Shown: positions 1 through 13,977 of the stretch, in pieces
How positions within the stretch are numbered: the first letter of the stretch is position 1
Layout of the letters: each line of letters starts with the position of its first letter
Origin: Eledone cirrhosa
Lineage: Eukaryota
NCBI GenBank assembly: GCA_964016885.1
Contig: OZ024743.1
Location: 259,036,001-259,100,000, forward strand
Direction: 5' to 3'
DNA length: 64,000 nucleotides
The notes under the pieces: generated by a model
What the model was told of the DNA's origin: nothing
The model's input: the letters and a program-made list of their open reading frames with translations, nothing else
Databases searched by the model: none
Position numbers and translations under genes: made by a program

Positions 1-1034
1 TTATCTTTTCAGGATTTGTGGATTACATTGAGTTCTTCATACGGAATGGATACTACCGTACATTTTGGTAGATTTATCTACACACACACACACATTTATA
101 TATATATATAAGCATTATGTAGCAAGGACTACATTATCCAATGTTTCTTACTTTTTAAAGTGTAATTTGAGGTTGATTTGGCTGCCATCTCATGTACGTA
201 ATTCGACCACATAGAGTTTCTCTAGAAGATGTAGTGAGTTCTGCTGTCATGCTGTCAAGTCTGATGTCTCACCTAGCCACAACGTGTATATGTAATGAAA
301 ATGTGTATTTAGTATTGCTTATCTTTTTCTCAAACGCATAGGTGGCATAAGGGAAATTAACTGATTATAATCTAGAATTAAGCCTTTGCTGTATGTATAT
401 CTCACAGAACAGAGTATGTGCATGCATTCATGATTGGCAGGATGAGGGACCTGTTGAGACTTTCTCATTGATTCATATGCTTTTGTAATGGCTAACAGTG
501 CCATGATCTTTTTCATGACTTTCAGGCTTTGTGGAAGGAAGGGTGGATATTATCCTCAGACAAGAGACTTGACCTGAATGTTTGCAACAGAATGAACTTC
601 ATTAAATGCATTTTAAGTCGGGTGGTGGTATTAAACCGGATGACCAATTGCTTATCTTTGTCTGTATCTATGCATGTGTGTACATATGTGGGCGTGTATG
701 TATGCAAATAAGACCGTCAAGAAAACACATTCAGAAAATACCATTAAACTAACCTCTGATCCACACTCATAATTCCTGCTTAACCAACCACTGATTCACA
801 TTCATATATCTGTAAACAAACTACAGACCCACATCAGCCACTGGAATGGGGAAAACAGACGTTATCAATCTGAAACTATTATTACACAGTTTTGTGAAGT
901 TTACCGACAGAAATGTTAAGACTCTTTTCTAACTTAAAAGAGTTGTATTGTGTTGTTTTCTGCTATTGATTCTTTCCATGTTTTTTTTTTACTTATTTTA
1001 TATGATTTAATTCTGAATACTATGGTTGTTATAG

Positions 1035-1300
1035 GAAACAAGCTGCAGGGAACCAATGCTGTTATCGAAAGGACAGGACGCTTTTATATAGCCAAGACTC
1101 TCATTTTGGAAGTACACCAGACAAAGCAGCTGCTTTTGGTACTTATCCTTACGCCAAAATAAATCATGTTCCAACTCTATCTCATTGGGTTTGGGATGTG
1201 ATTCCTTACTACCATTGTTGCATCTGGTCATCTAACTGCGAAACTTACATGAAACTTCGTCCCACCAAAAATTGTAATAATTATAAGCCTCCATCCACAA
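1035..1300 (+). CDS. mesh/SUSD2-like gene, exon encoding C-terminal part of AMOP domain
   Basis: AG acceptor 1033-1034, GTAAGT donor 1301; translates KQAAGNQCCY...STPD...SHWVWDVIPYYHCCIWSSNCETYMKLRPTKNCNNYKPP (AMOP QCCY/CC..C..Y..RP..C..Y.PP pattern); ends in phase 1, matching next exon. Confidence 0.92.
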
Positions 1301-3139
1301 GTAAGTTAATATTCTATAAAATCTTCAAACACCATTCATTTAAAAGATTAACACTGATACTATTCTCGTGTTATTTTCCTTGTTTTACTTTCGGGGTTGA
1401 TAATAAAGTGTCATCCATAATAATTCTTTCTAGCATGAGTGCAAGGCCGGCAATTTAATGGAAGAGGAAAGTCGATTATATCGACCCAGTTCTTGACTTA
1501 CTTTATCGAATCTGGAAGTATTAAAGGCAAAGTTTATCCGGAGAGTATTTGAACTCAGAGTGAGGAGAGCTGGAATGAATAAGGCAAAGCATTCTGCCTG
1601 TTGCTCTAACGATTCTGCCAATTCACCGCCCTAAATACTAATAGACAAAGATAATAATTTCAATTATATTTGTATAGTAATACTTACTCGATCTAGTGAA
1701 TATAGAGAAAATCATCCTTTGCAAAAGTGTTTTCATTTTCAAAATGGAGATGTATCGATGTCAGTGTTGAAATTAATTGACAAGGCAGATAGTTAGTAGC
1801 AGGATACAATATATATATATTAAGAGATAATTAAATAAAAGAGTGAACTTAACTGACAAAGGTTAGAATGATAATAGAAAATTCAGAATAGAAATTGAAC
1901 ATCTTGCCAAAATGAAATGATTGGTGCTGGAATATGCTGTTGCAATCGCATACAGATAGGTGATTAAGAATAGTTGTTAAAGAAACGCTTTGTATACTGA
2001 TGTTATGCTTGAAAAGAATTGTTTACAATTGGTGGAGGCTTGCAGAAACATATCCGATATATGTTGATACTGATAAAGACAGCCAGCATATGAGCGGCAT
2101 CTCTGCACGAGACAGTATTTCTGCCAGCTTATACAATTGAAAATAAATAAATATGCACACACACATAGACATAACTTAATGGTACTTCACTATATGTCAT
2201 ATGTAGTAAGAGAGAAGCTATGTATACATACTATACATCGATATTTGTGTTTGTGATGCTATTTACGCAAGTGTCTAAGAAATACCAGATTCTATAATGT
2301 TCAATGTTTTTCTGAAAGCTCAAAGAGGAAACAAATATTTTTATTGGGATTTAAAGAGAACAAAAGGAATTGATACCCAGAATACAGGATTAGTTAAACA
2401 TATCATAGACAATTCCTATGAACCTTTGTAGAAGTATGTCAAAAGCTGGGGCAGATGCCTAGCCACAATAAGAGACAAAGTAGCAGCAACGTAAGGAGTA
2501 GGCATAAAATGAGAGTAACAAGCTGTTGAGAAACCCTTTACTTGGTCGTTAGAGCTGTTAGCAATTACATTTAAATTTGTATCTAGTGACATTTTGAGAG
2601 TGGAAAGGAAAGATCGTAAAATATATTCCTATATATGCGCCCAAAATGGTTGTAAGCTCTTGATGATAGGTCTGTGCAAACAGGTCTGATCCGTAGTTAA
2701 AGAGCAACAACATCACTACTCCTCAACATAGTCTTACGTCTCTAAGAACATTTGTCGAAAATACATGGGTCCAAAGCTTATGGATCGAAAGATAAATTAA
2801 CCAAAAGATATATATCCGTAGAAACAGAACTGTCACTACTACTAAGGCCAATTAAGCAGATGCTTAGAGCATTGATCTTAGGGAGGCGAATTACTAAACC
2901 TTAAAGGATCACAGTTTTATACAAATTCGAATAATTGAATTAAATATTCGTAATAAGAAGTCCTCCTCTATACCTGCTACCAGGAACGTGTCTCGTGTTC
3001 TCTCTTCAAAGAGGTGCATCCCTGAAGATGGAGAGTATGCTTTACTGGTTTCCTAAACCCTATCGTAGCAAGATCTGGTATACACCAGGTACATCTGTGA
3101 GCAATCATGATTTTTGTTTTCCTTCTTAACATTAAAAAA

Positions 3140-5500
3140 CTATGTTTTTAAAGTTATGTACATGGGTCTGCATTTGAAGAAGCCAAATCTATCCTTAGAA
3201 ATGGTGACAATACTGGAAATGTTGAAAAATAGACATTTGAATTTGTGAAAAATCTTGACACGACAGAACAAAATGGATTTCATTTTTGAAATCAGCACCC
3301 CCAAATTACCAGAAAACATCTTCAACACCAGACAGTAAAAATCATTTTCCCCATTATTGTATATAACTCTGGTAAACAAAATTAAATGTATTAAACTCAT
3401 TATGAATGCAAACCAACTTTTTTAGACTAATTTTTCATGCTGATTTAAAAGATTCACTCCATTTTTATGCAACGCATATCAGTTTTTCAGTAGATACATG
3501 CAAATATTTACATATTTGTATATATGAAATCATTAACGTAATAAATAAGGACCTATTATTTTTAGAAAGTAAATGAGTTTATTCAGTTAAAAATTATCAC
3601 TATCATTCTACAAAGAGTGAATACATAAAATATGGGTCAGACAAAACAGACAAAGTAAGAACAACAGACTCGGATTTCCTGCGGTATTCCTTATCTGGTT
3701 GATTACGGTAAAGTTTCCAGCAGTAGTCAGCCAGCATATTGTCATTCCAGAAGCCTTGGTACCGTTTCTCCATAGCACTAATGTCCTGGTGAAATCTTTC
3801 ACCATGTTCATCAGACACTGCTCCAAGGTTATCTGCGAAGAAATCCAGATGGAAGTCCAAGAAGTGAACTTTCAGTGACATGCGACAACTCATTGCTGAG
3901 TAACATTTCAGAAGATTCTTGATGCCATCCTTGTAGCTTTCTTGTTGCCCAAGAAAATTCTCACAGATCCAATTGAAAGCATTCCAGGCAGGCAGTTCCA
4001 GTTCATCCAGTGTTGTCTTGCAGTTGACATTTTTGAGTACTTCTCTAATTTGGGGTCCGACAAAGATATCCTCTTTCAACTTCGCCTGTGTAATTTTGGG
4101 AAACTTTTCTACAATATACTCAAACCCTCTGGCATTTCTCTTCCCTAGTATCTTTACAAACTGTTTCACCAGTCCAAGCTTTATGTGCAAAGGAGGCAAT
4201 AAGACATTACATAGATATACAAGAGGTGTATTCTTGATGATAGACAGTCCTGGCTGGTATGATGTTCTTGTCTGCCAGTTTGATTCCGAATAATGTCTGT
4301 CAGTTGCCCGACTATCCCATAGACACAAGAAACAACAGTATTTTGTGAAACCTGACTGCATTCCCATTAACATTCCAATGACTTTTAAATCTCCACATAA
4401 TTTCCATGAGTATATTTCATAGGCAATGGCATGAAGTATAAGTTCCATATTCTCATGAAGATGAAGGGAGTGTGCAATAGGAATGGAGGGCTTCAAATTA
4501 CCATTAAGGCGAAGTAGAGCTTTTAAACTTCGTTTTGAAGAGTCAATAAACAAACACCACTCTGCAAGATCATGATTTTGTGATAAACATTCGAAAAGTC
4601 CATCGATGTTACTGCAAAAGCAAAGAGGACCTTCAACAGTAAAACACGTTTGTAGAACCACATTTCTCTGCCGAAAATAAGTTATACGAACACCGTGCTC
4701 TAGCAGATACTTCTTCTTCAGTCTTGATGCCAACAGTTCTGCTTTATCTTTTGAGAGGGATAGGTCTCTAACAAGGTCTTTCAGTTCAGCTTGGGAAAAT
4801 TTCTGAGGTTCAAAGTTATCGTCATCAGCCACGTAATCTTCCTCGGTAGCAAAATCGTGACCGTCAGCATCATCATCTGATGTTTCAATATCATCATTTG
4901 GTGGAACTGGAATTGGCAGACATCCATTGTGAGGCACAGGTCTCATTGCAGAATCCAAATTGGGATACACAATTTTGTGTTTATTCTTCATAGAAAATCC
5001 TGTGACATTTACTTTGCAAAAATAAGTCATTAAAATGGTGTTTCGGCCCCCTCCATATCATTGGAATGGCAAAAGGCATGGACTTCTTCTTATTGAACGA
5101 GTCACGTAAGCCATTTGAGCAAGCTGAGCAGATAAAATGTGGTGCCCATAACTTGTCCTGATCTCCAAGAGGACAGTCAAAGTATAGCTTATAAATCTTC
5201 TTGATATCTGGTGTTATTGTACGTTTTTGAGCTTTCACAATAAATTATCGACAGACATAAAAAAACACACCAGGACGATTTCTATACTGACATTGTTAAC
5301 ACTGTAAAACAAGTAAGGAAATAGATACAAACGGTTATATATACTTATATTGAATTTGAGATGATGAAATATTTCATCAGACCAATTATGACTGGACAAT
5401 TTGAGATGTTGAAATATCTATTTCATCAGACAAAACTTGATGATGAAATATTACATCTTAACTATGCAGCAACGAATAGGCTTGTGTCTCAAAGGAGTGG
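3140..5500 (-). mobile_element. Chapaev3-like (CMC) DNA transposon with frameshifted transposase (ORFs 3603-5030 and 4981-5238)
   Basis: Motifs LGDQDKxWAPHxxCxxC, CGDLKV, CCFLCLWDSR, LPPLHIKLG, SDEHGERFHQDI; subterminal GCTGATTT/AAATCAGC motifs; family name recalled from motif knowledge, boundaries approximate. Confidence 0.75.
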
Positions 5501-5574
5501 TCGTTATGTTTTTCCAAAAGTATGAAGAAAAAGAAACCTCCCAAAACTTATTTTATGTTATAATCTATTTTCAG

Positions 5575-5718
5575 GTGTTCTATTCGGGGACCCTCACGTA
5601 ATTACATTTGATGGCAAGAATTACACAATGCAGATGCTTGGAATGTATTGGCTCCTCATAACTGATGATAATAAATTCCTGCTGCAGGGAGATTTTGACA
5701 TCTCCACCAACACTGCAT
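5575..5718 (+). CDS. mesh/SUSD2-like gene, exon encoding start of VWD domain
   Basis: ttttcag acceptor; SVLFGDPHVITFDGKNYT is the VWD GDPHxxTFDG motif; 144 bp, phase 1-1. Confidence 0.92.
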
Positions 5719-5989
5719 GTACAGTTTAAACGTTTTTCCTTCTATAATTTTGAAATCAAATTCTTATTTTTTTTGTTTTTTTCTTACTAGTAGGCAAGAA
5801 CCATTTCAAATCAGTTCAGATGTAAATGAGTGAAATATCTTTACATAAAGTATCTAATGATTGAAAGTTTGCAGAAAGCAATCAGAGAAAAACAAATTGA
5901 AAACAAACAAACAAACAAGCACAAAGGATATAAAATGAAGAAAAAAAATGTGGGAGAAAACAAACACTTAATCACACATAAAGAGAGGG

Positions 5990-6330
5990 GAAGCTGGAGT
6001 TACCCCTAATCTTCTGATTACAGAATGCCAAAGCTGGCGCATTACTGCATCAGCTCCTGCAATTCTTGCACTTAATTCAGCCTCCTGTCTTCCATAATTC
6101 AAAATATTGAACTTCTCCAACTGCTTCAGTGGAACTATATTCACATGTAGAGTGCACTGCGCAGGCTTTCTTGAGAAGACAAGTGTCTCAGTTTTCGCAG
6201 CCTGATTCTCATTCCAGCCATGTAGCACACGGCATCAGACCTATCAAGTGCAAGTCGGAGATCACCTTCTGTCGATAATACCTTCCCTATTTAAGGCTTT
6301 TAACATCGTGGGCCGGATTTCATCTTCGCC
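5990..6330 (-). mobile_element. degenerate RTE-like LINE RT fragment
   Basis: VPLKQLEKF...ELSARIAGADAVMRQL, typical post-RT region; related to 35930-36540. Confidence 0.55.
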
Positions 6331-6683
6331 GTTAATTTTAAATATATTTACAGAAAATATTAGAGTAATTCACAGTATTACTCTAATAGACACACATGCA
6401 CACATACACACGCACACGCACACGCACACGCACACGCACACGCACACGCACACTGACACACACACAACTGAGGATTATTTTCCAACATAGTTGCTTGAAG
6501 GAAACAATGTAGTTATTAATAAGGAGTTGAAATCCATGCAAAATTTCACAGCTCTAACAGCACTCCTTTATTGTCAGCATATTGGTTTTAAGAAACGTCC
6601 CTAGTGATTTAGATATTTGAATACTAATTAGTTATTGCTTATGTAGTGGCAGACACATCATAATTATGTTATATATTTTGCAG

Positions 6684-6857
6684 CTCATGTAACCTCAAAA
6701 TTCAGCTCTTTGGTAGCAGTCGCTCTAAGATGTAAAGTGAGTAATATTGAAATAAGAATACGGCATCCTTACACCAACGAATATGTTCTAGATGTTTCCT
6801 TGAACAATGAATACTTACACTTCAATGAAGAAAATGGATTTACTCAAGATCATAGAG
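6684..6857 (+). CDS. mesh/SUSD2-like gene, VWD exon
   Basis: ttttgcag acceptor, GTAATG donor, 174 bp phase 1-1; SHVTSKFSSLVAVALRCKVSNIEIRIR...FTQDHR. Confidence 0.85.
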
Positions 6858-6940
6858 GTAATGCAATTCTTTTATTAAATCACTCTTGTTTTGCACTAAT
6901 TAAACCACATTAAATGCAATGTTAATCACTAACCACTTCC

Positions 6941-6967
<27 letters not shown>

Positions 6968-6971
<4 letters not shown>

Positions 6972-7800
6972 ATAATAATAAATTTGAAGACTAAAATCCA
7001 AAGAGGGCTCGATAAGGATAAATATATATCAAATATATAAGAACCGTAGAGCAAATATTTATTAAAATAACAGATTAAAGTTTAAGCAAAGAATCGCTGC
7101 TTTCACCCTTAACGGGATCTTCTGAAACTAACAAAGTCAATCTGTAAACGCAGAAGTGGATATTTCAAAAAACGTTGCAACCGGAGGAAGACAGGAAGAC
7201 GATACTTTGGTTCGTGGAAACGTTCCCTGGCAAAGAATGGGAAAAAACGAATATAATACGTCATTATTTGGAGCGGTGAAAGGGCGGTGGATTGGCAGTA
7301 TCGTTAGAGAGTCGGACGCCATGCTTTCCAGCATAGTTACGTCCCTTTACGATCTGAGTTCAAATCCCGCCGAGATTGACTTTGTCTTTCATCCTTCCGG
7401 GGTCGATAAAATAAAGTACCAGTGATGCACTGGGTAATTGCTGGCCTTGTGCCTAAAGTAGAAACAATTATTTGGAGCGGTGAAAAACAATTACACGCAA
7501 AGACAGAACCACGTTTATGGTATAAAAGAAGTCGTAGACTAATCTTCTCTTAGGTGGTTCATAGAGACGTTCTCTGGCAAAGAACGGAAAAAACGAAGAT
7601 AATACGTCATATGTGGTGCCTGGATAACAATTGCACGCAAAGACAAAACCACGTAAATGGTATAACTGAAGTCGTAGACTAAAATTCTAACTAGGAAACC
7701 GAATGAATCTCCGCTTCAGAGTTAAGAATAAAGTAAATAAAATACAATAGAAAATAAATAAATACATACACGCATGCAAATACGTACATACACAAGCATA
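6968..7800 (-). mobile_element. PLE-type non-coding terminus with internal ~140-bp direct repeats; terminal ~94 bp recur inverted at 28250-28343
   Basis: Abuts (TA)n; direct repeats 7208-7264/7554-7610 and 7486-7545/7626-7685; decayed HHR-like CAGAAGA-tccc/gggt-GAAA on - strand near 7098-7122. Confidence 0.5.
7282..7468 (+). mobile_element. tRNA-derived SINE (octopus-type) with target-site duplication
   Basis: A/B-box-like TGGCAGTATCG...GAGTTCAAATCC, core TTTCATCCTTCCGGGGTCGATAAA; TSD ATTATTTGGAGCGGTGAAA on both sides. Confidence 0.85.
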
Positions 7801-7861
7801 CGCGAAAACACTTGTCATAAGTATACAAAACCACGCACATATAAATATGTGTGTGTGTGTG

Positions 7862-9989
7862 TGCGAGATCGTCCCAGGTTTTTCTGGGTCTACCTACTCC
7901 GTAACTACCATCAATTTTAATCGCCCTGCACTTTTTTATACAGCTGTCGTCTTTCATGCGCATCACGTGGCCATACCAACGCAGTCTTCTCTCAAGTAAA
8001 CACCATCTGATCCCTCTTATTCCTAATTTCTCACTTAGTTCAATTATGCTTTGCCGTTCACGTATATTACTATTACAATTCCAACGGAGCATGCATGCTT
8101 CGTTCCTTTGCAGTCTGCGCAGGGCCTCTGCACACAATGCCCAATACTCAACGCCATGTAACATTGCTGTTCGTATATAGGCATCATACAATCTGCCTTT
8201 CATTTTTAGAGAGAAACCGTTTGTGGCCAACAGTGGAATAAGCTCTCTGAACTTTTTCCATCCTGTTCTGACTCTGGCGACTGTACTTTCAGAACACCCT
8301 CCACCACTGCTGATTTCGTCACCCAGGTAACGGAAAGTGTCCACTATTTCTATAGAACCATCTGGGCAATAGAAGGAGCTAGTATCCTGTGGGCACTTGC
8401 TACTTATTGCACCTGAGCATCGGTAATATATAAAGTCTACGTTCTTAGATAGTTTACCTGTGATCCCACTACACCTTTTATGTACCCATAGTTTGTATTT
8501 GGGACATAAAATGGAATTTCTGGCTACTCCTTTCCTACACACTGAGCATGGCCATTTCCCCGAGGGCACCTGTGCCCTATTTTCCTTTCTACAAACTAGA
8601 ACTTTAGTCTTAGACAACTTAACTTATAGGCTTTTTGATTATAGGCCATGCTTCCATGTTTGGAATTTCTTCTCTAGTTCAGCCATAGATTCAGCTATGA
8701 GAGTTAGATCATCTGCGTATAGGAGTTCCCATGGGAAGCCGGTTTTGACCTCCTCTGTTATAACCTGAAGTGCAATAATAAATAGGAGGGGGCTAAGGAC
8801 AGAGCCTTGATGAACACCAACTTTTTCACTAAATTCTTCACAATATTCATTGTTAATTCTAACCTTACTGACTGTTTCTTTATACATAGCTTGTATAGCT
8901 CTCACAAGCCATTCATCAACACCTAGTTTTCTAAGAGCCCACCGGATAATGGAGCGGGGGACTCTGTCAAAGGCTTTCTCCAGGTCTACAAAAGCTAAGT
9001 AGGGGGGTTTACTTTTAGCTAGGTACTTCTCCTGTAGTTGTACAAGGAAAAGAGCGTCTGTGGTACTTTTAGCTGACACAAACCCAAACTGCATTTCATC
9101 TAGCTCAATTCGCTCTCTGATTAGTTGCGCTATAACTCTTTCTGTGACCTTAATGACCTGGTCAACTAACTTAATGCCTCTATAGTTTCCCCTGTCTAGA
9201 GTATCCCCTTTACCCTTGTAGCAGTTAATGATGCTGATGCTACGTCAGTCTTTTGGTATGACCCCATTCTGTATTACTTGGTTAACTATATGTGTGACCA
9301 TAGTATGTCCCACCATTCCAGATGCCTTCAACATCTCAGCAACTATCTCCGAAGGCCCAGCTGCCTTGCCTGTCTTCAAATCTTTGATTGCCTTACTTAT
9401 TATACTACCTTTAACTTGCACCGCTGGTCGTTCTATTGGATCGAATTGGGGCAGACTATCTTTTTCCCATTTATTCTCCTCATTTAATAGTCTCTTGTAG
9501 TGACATTTCCAGGCTATCTTCTTATCAGTATCAGTGAGGGCAAGTACACCGTTATCATTACGGACACACTTCTCTACTATAGGTCTGCTCCAGCCACAGA
9601 TTTCATCCGTTGCTATCAGCAGGTTCACTTTCAAGAATTGCCACTGTTCCTCTATATTGCACGTCTCTAATTGCTCTTCCTTATTGTCAAAGGCATTAAG
9701 TAATAAGCTTTTAAATTTGTCAATGGCTATGGGGTCCTTCAACTTTCATATTCTTCTCCTCAAGGTAGGCCTCCTCTGTCGTCGAGTACGTCTATTCCTG
9801 ACTATGAGGCTATGTTGTCACTAACTACTAGGCTATGTTGGGAGGTGCATTCTTCACGGGGGAGGGATTTAGTGTTTACAACAGACACTTTGTCACATCT
9901 TCTAGTAAGGATATAATCTATCTGGCTAGCGTGTTCCCCTGATCTATAGGGGATCAAGTGGTTTTCTCGTTTTTTGAAGTTTGTGTTAC

Positions 9990-9990
<1 letters not shown>
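7862..9990 (-). mobile_element. RTE-clade LINE, degenerate (RT plus internal Cys-rich insert)
   Basis: QFGF, AFVDLEKAFDRV, GVHQGSVLSP, LLYADD, RLRWYGHVMR, GRPRKTW; several stops and frameshifts. Confidence 0.9.
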
Positions 9991-10028
<38 letters not shown>

Positions 10029-10127
10029 ATATATATATAATGTGTGTATATATATATATGTAATGTGTATATATATATGTAATGTGTATATATATATGTA
10101 ATGTGTGTATATATATATATATATATA

Positions 10128-11608
10128 TACCAGATAGAAAAATGCGTACAGCAAAAAAAAGTAATATTGTTGGAATATAAACCTTTAAAAATACAGGACA
10201 AGGAACTAAAATAAAACTTTAAAAGAATAGGACAAGAAACTAAGATAAAACTTTAAAAGAATAGGACAAGAAACTAAGATAAAACTTTAAAGAATTGGAC
10301 AAGAAATAAAAAATTTTACAATAATATTAGTGGCAAAATTTTTATTGGTAAAAAATCGAGTTCCACATTCATAGGCTTTGGGTTCCACATTCAGAGGTCG
10401 TCGTCAGACCGGGGGGGATCATTTGATCCTGGTTTGAACACCAATTGGGCCATAAACATACCCCTATTTCATCATTCGGCGACACGCCTCATGTGTCATG
10501 CATAATGTGAATGGACCCATGGGCCCATGAGCACAGATCTTGAGCAGCAGCGGACGGTCTTGTCGTCCCGCTCATCCTTGATCTTGACCAACCCGTCCAT
10601 CTTCTCCTTGCATCTTGTCCTTGAGTTCAAGTCCGGCAGTCCAGATGAATGCGTGCCACAGCTGTCTGGTACAGGAAGGGGAGCAGGAGGACTGGAGGGA
10701 TGACGGGACAGAGGGAGGGAGGACCGGTGGTTGAGGGAGGTGCCGTAGTCAGTGGTCAGAGTCGACATCTTGTCCCGGTCGTCTTCTCTATCTTCGTCTG
10801 GTGTTGCGGGACCAGAAGTGCATTCTTGGAGGAGACCTGCAGCTGCATCGGCCAATTCTTCTTGCAATGGTCATTCTGACGGAGCAGAACTGCTCAGCCA
10901 ACCAACCCCAACCAGAATCAACCGCTCAGGGGCAACGCACAATGAGAGCATGACAATTATTATGCACTAATCAAGAAAATACTGGGGCATAGCACAGGAA
11001 ACGAATAAAAAAATTTTGCCACTAATATTATTGTAAAATTTTTTATTTCTTGTCCAATTCTTTAAAGTTTTATCTTAGTTTCTTGTCCTATTCTTTTAAA
11101 GTTTTATTTTAGTTTCTTGTCCTGTATTTTTAAAGGTTTATATTCCAACAATATTACTTTTTTTTTGCTGTACGCATTTTTCTATCTGGTCTACTATTTT
11201 TTAAGGCAATGCAAGCAACAACTATCTAATAATTAAATGATCATAGTGAATTACTGACAAGTGATTGACATTTTAAAGTTCTTTTGAGTATAATTGCAAT
11301 CTAGTTGAGGCAACTGGCTTAATGACAAAGCTACGTCATTTCTGGATTACCTCCCCTAGCGTCACGCTTACTACTCACTCACTTGAACACAAGATTTATC
11401 AGCAAACTTTGATTATAAACTTTTTCCCGCTGGACCAAATTTCTAGATTTTTAAACCAAAAGATGCGTAATGATCTACTGTTCCTGCTCATATAAGTTTT
11501 ATCTCAGTTAAATAAAGTAGAGCCGCGCTGTACTGTCGTAAACAGACGATTGCCAACGAAAACACGACCACAACAATATTACTAAACGGACTACCGTCCG
11601 TTTAGGAT
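10128..11608. mobile_element. fold-back element: ~200-bp inverted arms (10128-10347 / 11008-11190) around a GC-rich insert
   Basis: Arms are near-perfect reverse complements with ~30-bp internal subrepeats; flanked by (TA)n; terminal hairpin TAAACGGAC-tacc-GTCCGTTTA at ~11583-11604. Confidence 0.7.
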
Positions 11609-11737
11609 ATACAATATATATATTGTATATATATATATACAATATATATATAATGTATATATATATATATATATATATATATGTAATGTGTATATATATA
11701 TATATGTAATGCGTATATATATATATATGTATATATC

Positions 11738-12510
11738 TTCATCATCATCATCGTTTAACGTCTATCTTCCACGCTAGCATGGGTTAGACAGGAGTTGTCC
11801 CAATTTGAAGCAAGGTTGGTCGGGTGACCGTGTCTCGCTCATATAGGACTATCTGGCAGGTTTTCTACGGCTGGATGCCCTTCCTAACACCAACCACATT
11901 TACAGTGTGGACTGGGAACTTTTTACCTTGTTACCTACACGACCACATTACAGCGTGGACTGTGTGTTTTTTTGTCGTGACACCTACACGATCTCGATCT
12001 CATTATCTCATTTATTTGGACTGGATGTTGTGGTACCAACTTTACAGAGAGAGGGTGGTGGTGGTGGGAGTGGGAGGATAGCGTAGGGGTAGTGGATTGG
12101 GGTGTATATTTGGTTAAGAGGTGCCTACTGACTGTAGGTTTCGCTTTGTACATAGGCAAGGCGTGTCTTCTGTATTACTGCGTGGCGCCAAATATCTCGG
12201 TCCAGTGACATTGTCTTAGAGAGGTGTTCAATTCTCAGACCGGGTGATGTGTTGTTTCCTTCAGCAAGACACTTTATTTCACATTGCTCCAGTTTACTCA
12301 GCTGTAGAAATGAGATAATAAGGGCTGGGGTCCATATCATTCCACTGCAAAGTGGTCGTGGAGGCGCCACGGAAAAAAAGCACCCACCACTCACTGTAAA
12401 TGAGGTTGGTGTTAGGAAGGGCATCCAGCTGTAGAAATCAAGCCAGAATCAGTTCCCGTCCCACCCTTGCAAGCAGGGAAAAGCAGACGTAAAATGATGA
12501 TGATGATGTG
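11738..12510. mobile_element. cluster of RTE-tailed SINE/LINE 3' fragments in opposite orientations
   Basis: Shared GGCTGGATGCCCTTCC motif on both strands; (ATG)n/(CAT)n tails. Confidence 0.6.
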
Positions 12511-12581
12511 TATATGCTAGCATGGAAGATGGAAGTTAAACGAAGATGATGATGATGATGATGATAATATATATATATATA

Positions 12582-12612
<31 letters not shown>

Positions 12613-12639
12613 ATGTATCTATCTATCTAAGGGTAAAAT

Positions 12640-12983
12640 TTCCGAGATCCATGGACGAGTTCTCTTCAGCGGTCTCTGTCCCTCATTATCGCTGCCATGT
12701 CCTGCGTCTCCAACAGACCAGTGTCTGTCCTTAGGGCATCAACATACGTTAACCTTGGTCTTCCTCTTCTAGTGTGTCCATGTAGGGGCTCCCAAAGGAG
12801 CACTGAGTGCAATGTCAACTCTGGATGTCGGTGAGCATGTCCAGCTAACCTCAGTCTCCTCTGTGTCACTTTTGAGCTGACTTTTGGGATGCTCCCATAC
12901 AGCTCTGAGTTTTTCATCCTCAGTGTATACTGATTAATGTTCAGAGCCATCCTCAGCATTCTCGTGTAGCACCCATCCACCAT
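12640..12983 (-). mobile_element. RTE-like LINE 3' fragment
   Basis: DGCYTRMLRMALN...RRLRLAGH...RGRPRLTY. Confidence 0.8.
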
Positions 12984-12984
12984 A

Positions 12985-13044
<60 letters not shown>

Positions 13045-13061
13045 TACATATATATATAATG

Positions 13062-13094
<33 letters not shown>

Positions 13095-13116
13095 TATATA
13101 TATATAATATATGTGT

Positions 13117-13185
<69 letters not shown>

Positions 13186-13316
13186 AACATAATATATATA
13201 TATAATAAATATAATATATATATATATAATAAATATAATGTGTATATATATATATATATATATAATATATAATATATATAAGGTGTATATATATAATATA
13301 TATATATAATATATAT

Positions 13317-13364
<48 letters not shown>

Positions 13365-13409
13365 GTGTATATATCATCATCAATGCATATATACACATTA
13401 TATATATAT

Positions 13410-13962
13410 ATTCTTTAGGTCGTTTTGGAAGCCTCAACAATGCAGATGGGCAATTCTTCGGGTAACAAGATCCGGTGGTGAAGAGAGAGATGTAAGTGAA
13501 TGTAGAAGAGCATAGGAAACAGCGTAAAAAATAAAAATAATAACACGAGATAGAGTTACCTTGGGAGAGATTTAATTGTCCCTATATTTCGGAATCACAT
13601 CCATGAACTGGGGGGTTTTCCGGGGGGGGGGGTTATCTGTCGGATAGGGGCGATACGTGTCCTCTGCTGTTCGTTGTTCGTTATTTTGAAAACCCCCAAG
13701 TTGATGGATGTGATATTCCGAAATAATAGGACAAATCTCTCCCTAGGTAACTCTATCTCGTGTTATTATTTTTCTTTTTTACGCTCTTTCCTACGCTCTT
13801 CTACACACTATACATCTCATTCTACATTCACTTACATCTCCCTCTTCACCACCGGATCTTGTTACCCGGAGAATTACCCATCTGCATTGTTGAGGCTTCC
13901 AAAACGACCCAAAGAAAATATATCTTATTATTCCACAATGCTTCAAGCAAACTTCAATACTC
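13410..13962. mobile_element. fold-back PLE-type non-coding element with decayed HHR
   Basis: 13411-13620 is the reverse complement of 13689-13916; (TA)n flanks. Confidence 0.65.
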
Positions 13963-13977
13963 TTATATATATATATA

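Noticed and set aside
12-711. Possible upstream exons of the mesh-like gene (after ttttcag at ~6-12 and ~520-525)
   Set aside because: No AMOP/NIDO motifs in any frame I translated and no convincing phase-2 donor
3015-3075. Possible + strand HHR (CTGAAGA-tggaga..tttcc-TAAAC..GTA)
   Set aside because: G12 is missing and stem I does not pair; at best a decayed relic
11583-11608. Helitron 3' end (terminal hairpin)
   Set aside because: No CTRR terminus after the hairpin and no 5' TC; context is a fold-back element
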